Origin: an uncultured Synergistia bacterium
Lineage (GTDB): Bacteria > Synergistota > Synergistia > CAYRKT01
Direction of reading: 5' to 3'
Length of the DNA stretch: 64,000 nucleotides
NCBI GenBank assembly: GCA_964425005.1
Contig: CAYRKT010000001.1
Location: forward strand, 77,980-141,979
The position numbers and the translations under genes are program-made. Of this stretch, positions 28,605 to 37,957 are shown piece by piece (position 1 is the first letter of the stretch; each line of letters begins with the position of its first letter). The notes beneath the pieces are model-generated. The model was not told the DNA's origin. It ran no database searches and saw only the letters and a program-made list of their open reading frames with translations.

Positions 28605-29963
28605 TCAATAAGGACGAGGCCCTGGCGCCACAGCCTCGACCCTGACGCCCACCGAAGGGCAGTTCTCCTCCTTCAGGAACTTCGAGAGTTTCCTCGAGAG
28701 CTCCATCTGCCTGCGCCACTGGCCGAAGGCCATCCCCCGGGAGGTCAAGAGGTCCACCTCCCTCAGCAAGGCCGGTGGGATGGGCGAGAGGCTTTCCCGC
28801 TCGAAGGGCGTCTGAGGAAGGGGCATGAAGGCGTGAGCGTGGAGCTTGGCACCCATGGAGGAGAGGAGGCGCATCAACCTCAGGGTTTCCCTCGCGTCGT
28901 CCTCCTCCTCCCCGGGCAGGCCGAATATGAAGTCCACCCACACCTCGAAGCCGAAGTCCCTCGCCAACGCCACCGCCTCGACCACCGCGTCCGCCGTGTG
29001 CCCCCTCCTGCACCGAGCTAGCATCCTGGCGCTACCGCTTTGGGCTCCCATCACCAGCCTCCTGTTGTCGGCAAACCTCCTGAGCAGCGCCAGCACCTCT
29101 GGGCTTATCTGGTCCGGCCTGACCTCGGAGGGAAAGGAACCGAAGAAGATCCTACCCCCCTTGCACGCCTCTCTGAGGGAGGAGAGGAGCCTCTCCAGGG
29201 CCTCCAGGTTGACCCTAACCCCGTCGCTGGACCCATAGGAGAGGGCGTTAGGGGTTATGAACCGGAAGTCCCTTAAGCCCCTCGACGCCATCCGGGAGAC
29301 CAGATCGCAGATGAACTCCACGCTCCTGTGTCTTACGCGCCTGCCGAACATGTAGGAGGTCTGACAGAAGGCGCAGCCGTAGGGACAGCCCCTGGTTATC
29401 TCTATGGGGCCAAACCTTCCCAGGCTGAAGGAGACCGGAAGGTGAGCGTCCAGGTCTATGGCCTCCCCCGCCAGCTCGCCGCCGACGACCTCCCTCGCGC
29501 CGCCGAAGGCCTTCAGCACCAGTTCGTCCGCCGACCCAACTGGCTCGAGGTTGAGGGCCTCCCACAACCCCCTCAAGGCCCAGGGGAAGGATCGCTCTCC
29601 CTCCCCCACCATCGCCAGATGCGCCCCAGCCCTCAGGACGCTCTCCGGCAGCGCGGTGGCGTGAGGACCCCCCACCATCACCACGGCCCACTTGAAGCCC
29701 GCCCTGAGGGAGGAGATGAGCGGGTATCGATCGAACGCCTCGGTGGAGAAGGCGGACACGGCGACCCCAAAGGGGCGCCTCTCCCCCTCCAGGCGCTGGC
29801 AGGCCTCGAGCAGCCTCCTCTCGTCTCCCACCAGCTCGACCTCAAGCGCGCCCCCCAGGAGGCCTTCTCCCTCCAGCGAACCGAGGAGGGCGTTGAAGCT
29901 ATACCTGTGATCCCTGTCGCACAGACAAACGAGCGAAAAGCTCGTCCTCGAGGGACTAACCAT
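28605..29963 (-). CDS. B12-binding-domain / radical SAM domain protein (class B radical SAM, unknown substrate)
   Basis: N-terminal Rossmann-like B12-binding-type domain (..AVVMVGGPHATALPESVL..), then the radical SAM cluster motif ITRGCPYGCAFCQTSY (CxxxCxxC); 452 aa. Confidence 0.8.
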   Translation of the reverse strand: MVSPSRTSFSLVCLCDRDHRYSFNALLGSLEGEGLLGGALEVELVGDERRLLEACQRLEGERRPFGVAVSAFSTEAFDRYPLISSLRAGFKWAVVMVGGPHATALPESVLRAGAHLAMVGEGERSFPWALRGLWEALNLEPVGSADELVLKAFGGAREVVGGELAGEAIDLDAHLPVSFSLGRFGPIEITRGCPYGCAFCQTSYMFGRRVRHRSVEFICDLVSRMASRGLRDFRFITPNALSYGSSDGVRVNLEALERLLSSLREACKGGRIFFGSFPSEVRPDQISPEVLALLRRFADNRRLVMGAQSGSARMLARCRRGHTADAVVEAVALARDFGFEVWVDFIFGLPGEEEDDARETLRLMRLLSSMGAKLHAHAFMPLPQTPFERESLSPIPPALLREVDLLTSRGMAFGQWRRQMELSRKLSKFLKEENCPSVGVRVEAVAPGPRPY

Positions 29964-30038
29964 CTTCGGGTCCTTGTGGTCGCGCGAAGCTTGCTTATAA
30001 TATCATACTCGCATCTGCGACTCAGGAGGGATAAGGAC

Positions 30039-30698
30039 ATGGAGATCTTTCGGAGACACGAGAAGCTCTTGGACCTTCAAAGGCTTAAGAGCTCTTCGGT
30101 CCTGGTGGTGGGCGCAGGGGGGCTGGGATCGCCAGTGCTGGAGATGCTCTGCAGGGTCGGGGTAGGAAAGCTGGTGGTGGCGGAGAACGCCTCGGTGGAC
30201 GAGCCAGACCTAAACAGGCAGATACTCTACACCCGGGAGGACCTGGGCAAGAGCAAGCTCCGCAAGGTCGTGGAGAGGCTCAAGGGCATAAGGCCAGACC
30301 TGGAGATAGAGGCCCTCGAGCGAAGGGTGGACGAGGGCTTCGAGCTGCCTAAGGTGGACTGCGTCGCCCTATGCGTGGACAACTTCGAGACCAGGCTCCT
30401 GGTGGACGAGAAGGCTTCAGCCGCGGGGATACCGGTGGTGAACGCAGGCATCAAGGGGTACTACGGACAGGTGAACACCGTCCTCCCAGGGAGAACCGTC
30501 AACATGAGACGACTGTTCAAGAACGCGAGGACGGAAAGGGAGATCCCCGTCTATCCGCCCACCGCCCTGCTGGTGGGGACCCTCCAGGCCCACGAGGTCA
30601 TCGAGGTCCTGCTGGACAGACCACAGCTGGCCGGCAAGATGTTGATAGTCGACCTGCTCAACCTGTCCTTCGAGGTGATACCCCTGATGCCCGAATGA
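30039..30698 (+). CDS. ThiF/MoeB/HesA-family E1-like adenylyltransferase, stand-alone (no rhodanese domain)
   Basis: VLVVGAGGLGSPVLEMLCRVGVGKLVVAENASVDEPDLNRQILY is an E1 nucleotide-binding signature. ATG at 30039 with AGGAGGG RBS and a TATAAT at about 29993-29998. The six-frame ORF from 29328 carries a spurious N-terminal extension. Confidence 0.8.
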   Translation: MEIFRRHEKLLDLQRLKSSSVLVVGAGGLGSPVLEMLCRVGVGKLVVAENASVDEPDLNRQILYTREDLGKSKLRKVVERLKGIRPDLEIEALERRVDEGFELPKVDCVALCVDNFETRLLVDEKASAAGIPVVNAGIKGYYGQVNTVLPGRTVNMRRLFKNARTEREIPVYPPTALLVGTLQAHEVIEVLLDRPQLAGKMLIVDLLNLSFEVIPLMPE

Positions 30699-31641
30699 GC
30701 AGGCCTTCCTCTCGATCGAAAGAGGCCCTGGCCAGCCTCACGTCCTCCTCCATCTGCCTGGCGAGCTCCGAGGGGGAGGAGAACCTCCTCTCGTCCCTGA
30801 GCCTCCGCAGGAAGAAGAGCCTAATCCGTCTGCCGTAGAGGTCCCCCTCCACGCCCAGGAGGTGGGCCTCCACCTCCGGCCCCTTTAGCCCCTTGTCGAA
30901 GGTGGGGGAGAACCCCACGTTCACGGCGGCCGGGAACAGGGCGTCGCCGAGCTTCGCCGCCCCCGCGTAGACGCCCACGGGGGGCAGAAGCTTTTCCTCC
31001 GGGAAGCTGAGGTTGGCCGTAGGGAACCCCAAGGAGGAACCTATCCTGTGCCCCACCACCACCTCCCCGTCCAAGAAGTAGGGCCTACCCAGCAGCTCGA
31101 CGACCCTCTCCAGGCGTCCTTTGCCCACGAACCTCCTCACGAGGGTGCTGCTCAACTTAACGCCCCTGTATGTGACCTCCGGCACCGTCAAGCCCAGCAC
31201 TCCCCTGCTGCGGAGGTAGCTGCGCACCACCCCGATGCCGCCCACGCCCCCCTTCCCCAGCGCCGCGTCGCCGCCGAGGACGAGGGCGACCACTCCCAGC
31301 CTCCGGAGGACCTCCTCGAGAAACGCCGTGGCGGGAGTGGAGGAGAGCTCCTCGTCGAACTCGAGCACGAAGCAGGCGTCCAAGCCGTGGTCCGCGAGGA
31401 GGTCCAGCCTCTCTCTGAGGGTGGACAGTACGAAGGCCCCGTTACGCTTGCCCAGGAAGACGTCGGGATGCGGCTCGAAGGTCAAGACGGCGGACCTGAG
31501 GCCCATGGATCTGGCCATTCGAACCACCCTTCGGACGATCAGCTGATGGCCCAGGTGAAAGCCGTCGAACGCTCCGAGGCTCAGCACGAAGCCCTTGCGA
31601 TCCGTCCGAAGATCTCCGAGCTTACCCTTCCAGACCAGCAA
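30658..31641 (-). CDS. ribF: Bifunctional riboflavin kinase / FAD synthetase
   Basis: VLSLGAFDGFHLGHQLIV (nucleotidyltransferase) and C-terminal riboflavin kinase domain; 3' end overlaps the convergent ThiF-like gene by 41 nt. Confidence 0.85.
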   Translation of the reverse strand: MLVWKGKLGDLRTDRKGFVLSLGAFDGFHLGHQLIVRRVVRMARSMGLRSAVLTFEPHPDVFLGKRNGAFVLSTLRERLDLLADHGLDACFVLEFDEELSSTPATAFLEEVLRRLGVVALVLGGDAALGKGGVGGIGVVRSYLRSRGVLGLTVPEVTYRGVKLSSTLVRRFVGKGRLERVVELLGRPYFLDGEVVVGHRIGSSLGFPTANLSFPEEKLLPPVGVYAGAAKLGDALFPAAVNVGFSPTFDKGLKGPEVEAHLLGVEGDLYGRRIRLFFLRRLRDERRFSSPSELARQMEEDVRLARASFDREEGLLIRASGVSPRRTG

Positions 31642-31671
31642 GGTCTAGCGCATCCCTCCCTCAGGCCTCCA

Positions 31672-32610
31672 TCAGACCATCACCTTGAGAGGCCTGGCCT
31701 GAAAGCCACCGGAGCCCCTCTGGGGCAGGGCCACCACCAGGGGGCCTCTCCTGCCGAGGACCCCCACCACGAACCCCCTCCACCACGGGACCCTACCCCT
31801 ACCGACCGCCCTCAGGGAGCTGAGCGGCACTGAAGAGCCGTTCGACAACCGCCTGAAGGTCAGCTCGTCGCAGACGTAAGAGGGATAGTCCCTGCTAAGG
31901 AAGTCGAAGGGGTCCATCAGGGCTTCCCTGACCCTGAGGGGATCAGCCCTGAGCGCCTCGTAGGGCACCGCGTCCTCCTCGCCGAAGGAACCCACGGAGA
32001 AGCGCTTGAGCCATCCCACGCAGGAGGGGATGCCCAGTTTCCTCCCCAGATCCTCCGCCAAAGACCTGACGTACGTTCCCCTGGAACAGAAGACCCTTAT
32101 CCTCGCCACAAGACATCCCCTCAGCGCCTCGTCGGCCTCGTCCGGGGGCTCCAGCGAGAGGACCCGCAGGTAGCTTATCTCCACTAGCCTGGGCGTCAGC
32201 TCGACCTCCAGCCCTCGCCTCCTCATCTCGTGGGCCCTAACCCCATCCACCTTCACCGAGGAGTAGGGATGAGGCCTCTGCCAGACCTCCCCGACCATGG
32301 AGAGGGCAACCGCCCGCAGGTCCTCGAGGGAAACGCCCCGCGGTTCCTCCCTCTCCACGGGGACGCCGGACAGATCCCCCGTGTCGGTGGAAAGCCCCAA
32401 CACCAGGCAAGCCTCGTAGCCCTTCTCCAGGCCCATAACCTCCTCGGACAGACGGGTGGCTTTGCCCACGCACACCACCAGAAGGCCCTCGGCCGGTCCG
32501 TCCAGGGCTCCGGCGTGCCCCGCCTTGCAGCCGAACAGGGCTTCCACCGCGTCCACCACTTCCCTGCTCCTCGGACCCGCGGGCTTGTATACGCAAAGCA
32601 TCCCGCTCAT
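31672..32610 (-). CDS. truB: tRNA pseudouridine(55) synthase TruB (start at internal ATG MSGML; the six-frame ORF is 5'-extended)
   Basis: GMLCVYKPAGPRSREVV..KAGHAGALDGPAEGLLVVCVGKATRL catalytic Asp motif and PUA-like C-terminus. Confidence 0.85.
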   Translation of the reverse strand: MSGMLCVYKPAGPRSREVVDAVEALFGCKAGHAGALDGPAEGLLVVCVGKATRLSEEVMGLEKGYEACLVLGLSTDTGDLSGVPVEREEPRGVSLEDLRAVALSMVGEVWQRPHPYSSVKVDGVRAHEMRRRGLEVELTPRLVEISYLRVLSLEPPDEADEALRGCLVARIRVFCSRGTYVRSLAEDLGRKLGIPSCVGWLKRFSVGSFGEEDAVPYEALRADPLRVREALMDPFDFLSRDYPSYVCDELTFRRLSNGSSVPLSSLRAVGRGRVPWWRGFVVGVLGRRGPLVVALPQRGSGGFQARPLKVMV

Positions 32611-33692
32611 GACCCCAAGCTCGAAAGCGCCTCCTTGAGCGAATCGACCACCACGGAGACGGCCTCCTCCAGGCTCACCCCAGCGAGCCTGAAGCCAGAG
32701 GCCCTCGGATGTCCGCCGCCCCCGAAGGCGGACGCCACCGTCGAGAGGTCCACCTCGCACCTTCCCCTCAAGCTCACCCTCACCAGCCCCGCCTCCTCCG
32801 TCAAGAGGGCCGACAGCGAAACCCCCTTGACCCTCAACAGGCTCTCCACCAGCCCCTCGGCGCTCCCCCGCTCCAGCCCCAACTCCTCGAAGTCCGACGA
32901 GAGGAGGAAACTCCAGCAGAGCCTACCGTCCAGCGCGAGCGAAGCCCTCTGCCAGGCCCGTCCCCACAGCTTGAGCGCCATCAGGTCCCGTTGACCGTAG
33001 AGCCGGTCGTGAACCTTGGCGGGATCGGCGCCCAACCCCACCAGCTTAGACGCCACCATGAGCGCCCTCTCCGAGGTGTTCTCCAGGGAGAAGGCCCCCG
33101 TGTCCGTTATCAAACCCACGTATAGGGCCTCCGCGGCCCCGGGAGAGAGGCGCTCCGCCAGCCCCAAGCCCTCCAGGAGCGAGAAGGAGAGCTCACAGGT
33201 GGAAGACGCCTCGGGGAAAACCGCGTTCACGTGGCCGAAAAGCTCGTTGTCGCGGTGATGGTCCACGTTGATCAGGGTTAGCCCGAGCTCCTCCACGAGG
33301 GGGGCGATCCAGCCCAGCCTGGCGAAGCTCCCGCAGTCCAGCGTCAGGAGGCATCCTGATCTCCTCAGCGCTGAACCCACCAGCGCTGGATCGACCAGGA
33401 CCTCGCCGAACCCCTCCAGAAAGCCGTAGGCGGGGGGAAAGGGGTCGGGGGACACCACGAACGCCTCCCTGCCGAGCTCCTTGAGGAGCAGGTAGAAGCC
33501 AAGGGAGGATCCCACCGCGTCCCCGTCGGGCCTCTCGTGGGTCGCTATCGTCAAGGCCCCGACGCCCTTGAGGATCGCCTCGCTGAGGCTCAGGAGCAGG
33601 CCCCCGTCCAGAGGGAGCGGTGAACACCCCTCAGCTCCACGTGCCGCGAGGGGTTTTCGCCCATCCAGGTGGTCACAGGTCGGAAGAGCCAA
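32607..33692 (-). CDS. nrnA: DHH/DHHA1-family phosphoesterase (NrnA-like oligoribonuclease / pAp phosphatase); N-terminus uncertain
   Basis: LTIATHERPDGDAVGS (DHH motif I), downstream DHH motifs, C-terminal GGGGHPRASG (DHHA1). Confidence 0.8.
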   Translation of the reverse strand: MALPTCDHLDGRKPLAARGAEGCSPLPLDGGLLLSLSEAILKGVGALTIATHERPDGDAVGSSLGFYLLLKELGREAFVVSPDPFPPAYGFLEGFGEVLVDPALVGSALRRSGCLLTLDCGSFARLGWIAPLVEELGLTLINVDHHRDNELFGHVNAVFPEASSTCELSFSLLEGLGLAERLSPGAAEALYVGLITDTGAFSLENTSERALMVASKLVGLGADPAKVHDRLYGQRDLMALKLWGRAWQRASLALDGRLCWSFLLSSDFEELGLERGSAEGLVESLLRVKGVSLSALLTEEAGLVRVSLRGRCEVDLSTVASAFGGGGHPRASGFRLAGVSLEEAVSVVVDSLKEALSSLGS

Positions 33693-33972
33693 GGGCAGAC
33701 CTCCTGCCGTACTTGAAGTTCAGCCTGGGGACGGTCCTTATCCTCATGCGCTTCCCCAGCTCCCTCCTGAGGAAGGTGGAGACCCTTTCCAGGGCCTCTT
33801 CCACCCGCGGCGCGTCCTCTTCGTCCAGCAAGGTGAAGTAGACGAGAGCTGAGCTGAGGTCGGGCGAGCAATCGACGGAGAGCAACACCGCCTCCCTGGC
33901 CACCTCGTCCTTCACCTCGAACTCCAGCATCTCGGAGAGAAGCCGAAGCAACTCCCTGTTAAGCCTCTCCAT
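33673..33972 (-). CDS. rbfA: Ribosome-binding factor A
   Basis: MERLNRELLRLLSEMLEFEVKDEVAREAVLLSVDCSPDLSSALVYFTLL.. is a typical RbfA. The six-frame ORF (to 34035) is 5'-extended into ylxP. Confidence 0.8.
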   Translation of the reverse strand: MERLNRELLRLLSEMLEFEVKDEVAREAVLLSVDCSPDLSSALVYFTLLDEEDAPRVEEALERVSTFLRRELGKRMRIRTVPRLNFKYGRRSALGSSDL

Positions 33973-33980
33973 CCTGAAGT

Positions 33981-34268
33981 TCACCAAGGACCGTCCACCT
34001 CCCTGGAGACCTCTAGGACGGGGAAGCCGTGGCAACCGTGGACCATCTCCTCTATGGCGTCCAGCCTCTTCTCCACCACGTCCCTCTGGTCGGAGACGGT
34101 CACGAAGGCCAGGACCCCAAGCTCCCTCTCCGCAGAGGGCTCCTCTGCGGCCGAGACGTTCCAGCCGCTCCTGGCCCTGTCGAGGATCATCCGGAGTACC
34201 CTTCTCCTCTCCTTTATGGAGGATATCCCCTCGAAGAAGATCTTCACCTTCATGAAGCCCACGTACAT
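33981..34268 (-). CDS. ylxP: DUF503 protein (YlxP-like) of the nusA-infB operon
   Basis: MYVGFMKVKIFFEGISSIKERRRVLRMILDRAR..NVSAAE.. matches YlxP-like proteins; conserved position between infB and rbfA. Confidence 0.7.
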   Translation of the reverse strand: MYVGFMKVKIFFEGISSIKERRRVLRMILDRARSGWNVSAAEEPSAERELGVLAFVTVSDQRDVVEKRLDAIEEMVHGCHGFPVLEVSREVDGPW

Positions 34269-34281
34269 GCCAGACCTCTGC

Positions 34282-36261
34282 CTAGCCCAAGGTCCTCCTG
34301 GTCTCGCTCACCACGAAGAACTCCACCAGGTCCCCTTCCTGGAAGTCCTGGAAGCCCTCGAAGGCCATGCCGCACTCGAAGCCCGAGGCCACCTCTCTGA
34401 CGTCGTCCTTGAAGCGCTTAAGGCTCGCCAGCCTCCCCTCGTAGAGGATCTCCTTGCCCCTCCTGACGCGCACCGAGGCGTTCCTCCTGGCGAAACCCTC
34501 CAGGACGTAACAGCCGGCCACCTTCCCGCCCTTGGGGAGCTTGAAGATGGCCCTTATCTCGGCCTTGCCCACGACCTCCTCCTTCCTCTCGGGCTCCAGC
34601 AGACCCTCCAGGGCGGCCTTCACGTCGTCGAGCATCTCGTATATTATCCTGTAGGTCCTCACGTCCACCCCCTCGTCCTCGGCGAGCCTGGAGGCCGCCT
34701 TCTCGACCTGCACGTTGAAGCCCAGGACTATGGCGTCGGAGGCCGCAGCCAGCATCACGTCGGACTCGGAGACGTTGCCTATGCCCTTGTGGACCACCTC
34801 CACCCCTACCTCGTCCCTGGCCATCTTCCTTATGGAGGACTCGATGGCCTCCAGGGAGCCCTGGGTGTCGGCCTTGAGTATGAGCCTGAGCTGTTTCGCC
34901 TCCCCCTCTTGAAGCCTCCTGTAGAGGTCCTCGAGCCTGACCCTGGAGGGCTTGACCGCCTCTCCGGTCTGCTCCTTTTTGCTCTCCAGGATGGCCTTGG
35001 CTTCCCTCTCCGAGGAGACCTTCACGAAGGTGTCGCCGGCCACGGGCACTTCCTCGAAGCCCGATACCTCGACGGGCGTGCCGGGAGGGGCCTCCTTGAC
35101 GTAGTTTCCTCTGTCGTCGAGCATGGACCTGACCTTGGCGTAGGTGTTGCTGGTGAGCACCACGTCGCCGACTCGCAAGGTGCCGTGCTGGACTATCACG
35201 GAGCCCACTGGGCCTCTCCCCTTGTCCAACCTGGACTCGATTATGTATCCCCTGGGCAGAGCGTGGGGGTCGGCCTTCAGCTCCAGCATGTCGGCCACCA
35301 ACAGGATCATCTCCAGCAGCTCTTCCACCCCTTTGCCGGTCTTGGCGGAGACGGGCACCATGACGGTGTCGCCGCCCCACTCCTCGGGTATCAGCCCCCT
35401 CTCGGAGAGCTGCCTCTTGACCCTCTCCACGTCCACCCCCGGCTTGTCGATCTTGTTTATGGCCACGACTATGGGGACTCCAGCGGCGCGGGCGTGACTT
35501 ATCGCCTCCTCCGTCTGCGGCATCACCCCGTCGTCGGCGGCCACCACCAGCACCGCCACGTCGGTCACCTTAGCGCCCCTGGCCCTGAGGGTGGTGAAGG
35601 CCTCGTGCCCAGGGGTGTCCAGGAAGACTATCCTTCTGCCGCCGTGCTCCACGAGGGAGGCACCTATGTGCTGGGTTATGCCACCGGCCTCCTTGGCCGC
35701 CCTGTTGGTCCGCCTTATGGTGTCCAGGAGGGTGGTCTTGCCGTGATCCACGTGTCCCATCACGGTCACCACGGGGGGCCTTGGCACCATCCTCTCGGGC
35801 CTAACGTCCTCCGGAGAAGCGGAGGGAGCGGGCCCCCCCTGGTCCGAAGCCCCATCGCCCCACTCGAGCTCAACCCCATAGGCCTCCCCCAGGATCAGGA
35901 GGGCCTCGTCGTCCGCCCTGTCCGAGGCGGAGAGCATCTTCGAGGCCTTGACCAGCTTGCTCACCGCGTCGCCCACCGGAACCCCGAGCGCCTTGGCCAG
36001 CTCGGCCACCGTGGCGCCCTTAGCCACCGACACCCTTCTGACAGCTCGCTGGGGGGCGGGCGCAGCCTTGCTGGGAGCGCTAGCGTCCTCCTTCTTCAGC
36101 ATGTCCTCCACCAGCTTGGCGGTCTCCACGTCTATGGAGCTCATGTGCGTCTTAGCCTCTATCCCCAGCTTCTCGAGGACCTCCATGAGGTCCTTTGCCG
36201 ACATCTTGAGGAGTTTCGCCAGCTCATACACCCTTATCTTGTTCACCAAGACCACCCCCAT
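34282..36261 (-). CDS. infB: Translation initiation factor IF-2 (short N-terminal region)
   Basis: G domain [29 protein letters not shown], domains II and C-terminal; 659 aa. Confidence 0.95.
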   Translation of the reverse strand: MGVVLVNKIRVYELAKLLKMSAKDLMEVLEKLGIEAKTHMSSIDVETAKLVEDMLKKEDASAPSKAAPAPQRAVRRVSVAKGATVAELAKALGVPVGDAVSKLVKASKMLSASDRADDEALLILGEAYGVELEWGDGASDQGGPAPSASPEDVRPERMVPRPPVVTVMGHVDHGKTTLLDTIRRTNRAAKEAGGITQHIGASLVEHGGRRIVFLDTPGHEAFTTLRARGAKVTDVAVLVVAADDGVMPQTEEAISHARAAGVPIVVAINKIDKPGVDVERVKRQLSERGLIPEEWGGDTVMVPVSAKTGKGVEELLEMILLVADMLELKADPHALPRGYIIESRLDKGRGPVGSVIVQHGTLRVGDVVLTSNTYAKVRSMLDDRGNYVKEAPPGTPVEVSGFEEVPVAGDTFVKVSSEREAKAILESKKEQTGEAVKPSRVRLEDLYRRLQEGEAKQLRLILKADTQGSLEAIESSIRKMARDEVGVEVVHKGIGNVSESDVMLAAASDAIVLGFNVQVEKAASRLAEDEGVDVRTYRIIYEMLDDVKAALEGLLEPERKEEVVGKAEIRAIFKLPKGGKVAGCYVLEGFARRNASVRVRRGKEILYEGRLASLKRFKDDVREVASGFECGMAFEGFQDFQEGDLVEFFVVSETRRTLG

Positions 36262-36583
36262 CGAGGAGAGAGACCAGCCAAGAGTAAAAAGGAGTGCCGC
36301 GCGGCACCAAAAGGTACTTCCTCTCGATCCCCAGGCGCTCCGCCAGACAGCTAGAGGGCAAGGATAGCCTCACCCTGCGCACAGAAGGACCCACGGCACC
36401 CGGTAGCCTCAGGGGCGCGCCGTCGGAGGTCACCACCAGGACCCCACCCCTCCTCCGACCCAGGAGGAAGGACTTGATGGAATCCTGACCGCAGACCAAA
36501 GCCCTAGCCTTCCTGGCGAAGGCGAGAACCGAGAGGATCTTGAGCGACGTCGGCTCGTCCGCCCTCAGCTCTTCTGAGCTCAT
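36224..36583 (-). CDS. ylxQ: L7Ae-family RNA-binding protein YlxQ-like (start uncertain, may overlap ylxR)
   Basis: LSVLAFARKARALVCGQDSIKSFLLGRRRGGVLVVTSDGAP...VSLLD resembles B. subtilis YlxQ (LGLANRARKVVSGEDLV..AKLVLLTEDAS...ISLLD). No canonical start codon between the ylxR stop and the conserved ARKA motif. Confidence 0.55.
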   Translation of the reverse strand: MSSEELRADEPTSLKILSVLAFARKARALVCGQDSIKSFLLGRRRGGVLVVTSDGAPLRLPGAVGPSVRRVRLSLPSSCLAERLGIERKYLLVPRGTPFYSWLVSLLDGGGLGEQDKGV

Positions 36584-36803
36584 CCCTGAGGATCTCATAG
36601 AAGGAGGGATCTATGGGCCTATCCAGCTTCAGCGCGACCTCCAGGACCTTCTTCCTGCTGGCGAGCTCAACGCACTCCTCTCTCCTGCACAGATAAGCGC
36701 CTCTCCCCTTAGCCCTGCCCGTCTTATCGAAGATGACGCTACCGTCCTCGCCCCTGGCTATCCGGAAGAAGTCGCGCTTGTCCCCCTCCCTCTTGCAGGC
36801 CAC
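36504..36803 (-). CDS. ylxR: YlxR-family (DUF448) RNA-binding protein (GTG start; homologues suggest a slightly longer N-terminus)
   Basis: CVACKREGDKRDFFRIARGEDGSVIFDKTGRAKGRGAYLCRREEC matches the YlxR C..C...GRGAY.C signature; directly downstream of nusA. Confidence 0.7.
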   Translation of the reverse strand: MACKREGDKRDFFRIARGEDGSVIFDKTGRAKGRGAYLCRREECVELASRKKVLEVALKLDRPIDPSFYEILRDELRRAEGGRADVAQDPLGSRLRQEG

Positions 36804-36817
36804 GCAGCTCCTCCTGA

Positions 36818-37942
36818 TCAGTCTCTTCCCGATCTCAGATCACCCCATAGCTCCTCGTCCTTCTGAAGAGCATCTATTAGTATATCACGCAAAGTGGGCC
36901 CCCTCTGGACGCCACCGTGCGGCTTTATGTCTATCTTGTAGCCCGTGAGCCGGGCGGCCAGCCTCACGTTCTGCCCCTTCTTGCCTATGGCCAGCGAGAG
37001 CTGGTTGGCCGGGACGAAGACCCTAACCGCCTTCTCCTCTGGCATGAGCTTTATGTCCACTATCTCGGCAGGGTTGAGGGCGTTTCTCACGAACTTCAGC
37101 GGGTCGGAGTCCCACTGCACCAGGTCCACCCTCTCCCCCGAGAGCTCCTCGCTTATCGCCTTTATCCTGGCCCCCTTGGGTCCTATGCAGGTGCCCACTG
37201 GATCCACGTTGGGATCGTACGAGACCACCGCCACCTTCGACCTGTCGCCCGCCTCCCGGGCCACCCTCTTTATCTCGACCACGCCCTCCTTTATCTCCGG
37301 CACGTGCATCTCCAGAAGTCTCCTGAGGAGATCCGGATGGGTCCTGGAGAGCTCGAGCAGAGGCCCCTTGTTGGTCTTCTTCACGTTCAGGAGGAGGAAC
37401 TTCATCCTCCTCCCCGGGGCGTACTCCTCCCCTGGTATCTGCTCGTCGGCCCTCAACATGGCCTCCAACCCGTCTACCCCGACGAGCACGTCTCCCTCCT
37501 CCACCCTGAAGACCACGCCGCTCACCATCTGGCCCACCTGGTGGTAGAGGTCCTTGTAGAGCTGCTCCCTCTCGGCCTCCCTTATCCTCTGCATCACCAC
37601 CTGTCTAGCGGTCTGGGCAGCTATCCTGCCGAACTCCTCAGGGTCGACCTCCACCTCCACCACGTCCCCTATCCTGGCGTCGAAGCCCCTCTCCCTGGCC
37701 TCCTCCAGGGAGATCTCGGCGTTCGGGTTCGAGACCCTCTCCACTATCTGCTTGAGCTCGTAGACCGATATGGTCCCGTTCTCGATGTCCACCTCGACCC
37801 TGACGTTCCTCTGACCGCCGCTGTGCTTCTTGTAAGCTGAGACGAGGGCGCTCTCCAGGGCGTAGGTTATTATGGAGACGTTGAGCTTCTTCTCCTTCTC
37901 CAGCTGCTTAACCGCCCTGACGAACTCCTTGCCCAGATCCAT
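36818..37942 (-). CDS. nusA: Transcription termination/antitermination factor NusA
   Basis: N-terminal domain, S1 and two KH domains (..IGKKGQNVRLAARLTGYKIDI..); 374 aa (no C-terminal AR repeats). Confidence 0.95.
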   Translation of the reverse strand: MDLGKEFVRAVKQLEKEKKLNVSIITYALESALVSAYKKHSGGQRNVRVEVDIENGTISVYELKQIVERVSNPNAEISLEEARERGFDARIGDVVEVEVDPEEFGRIAAQTARQVVMQRIREAEREQLYKDLYHQVGQMVSGVVFRVEEGDVLVGVDGLEAMLRADEQIPGEEYAPGRRMKFLLLNVKKTNKGPLLELSRTHPDLLRRLLEMHVPEIKEGVVEIKRVAREAGDRSKVAVVSYDPNVDPVGTCIGPKGARIKAISEELSGERVDLVQWDSDPLKFVRNALNPAEIVDIKLMPEEKAVRVFVPANQLSLAIGKKGQNVRLAARLTGYKIDIKPHGGVQRGPTLRDILIDALQKDEELWGDLRSGRD

Positions 37943-37957
37943 CCGCCTTCACCCCTT

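Noticed and set aside
29328-30038. N-terminal 230 codons of the 456-aa plus-strand ORF containing the ThiF-like gene
   Set aside because: Antisense to the radical SAM gene and low-complexity. A clean RBS plus ATG at 30039 and a TATAAT promoter at about 29993-29998 define the real start.
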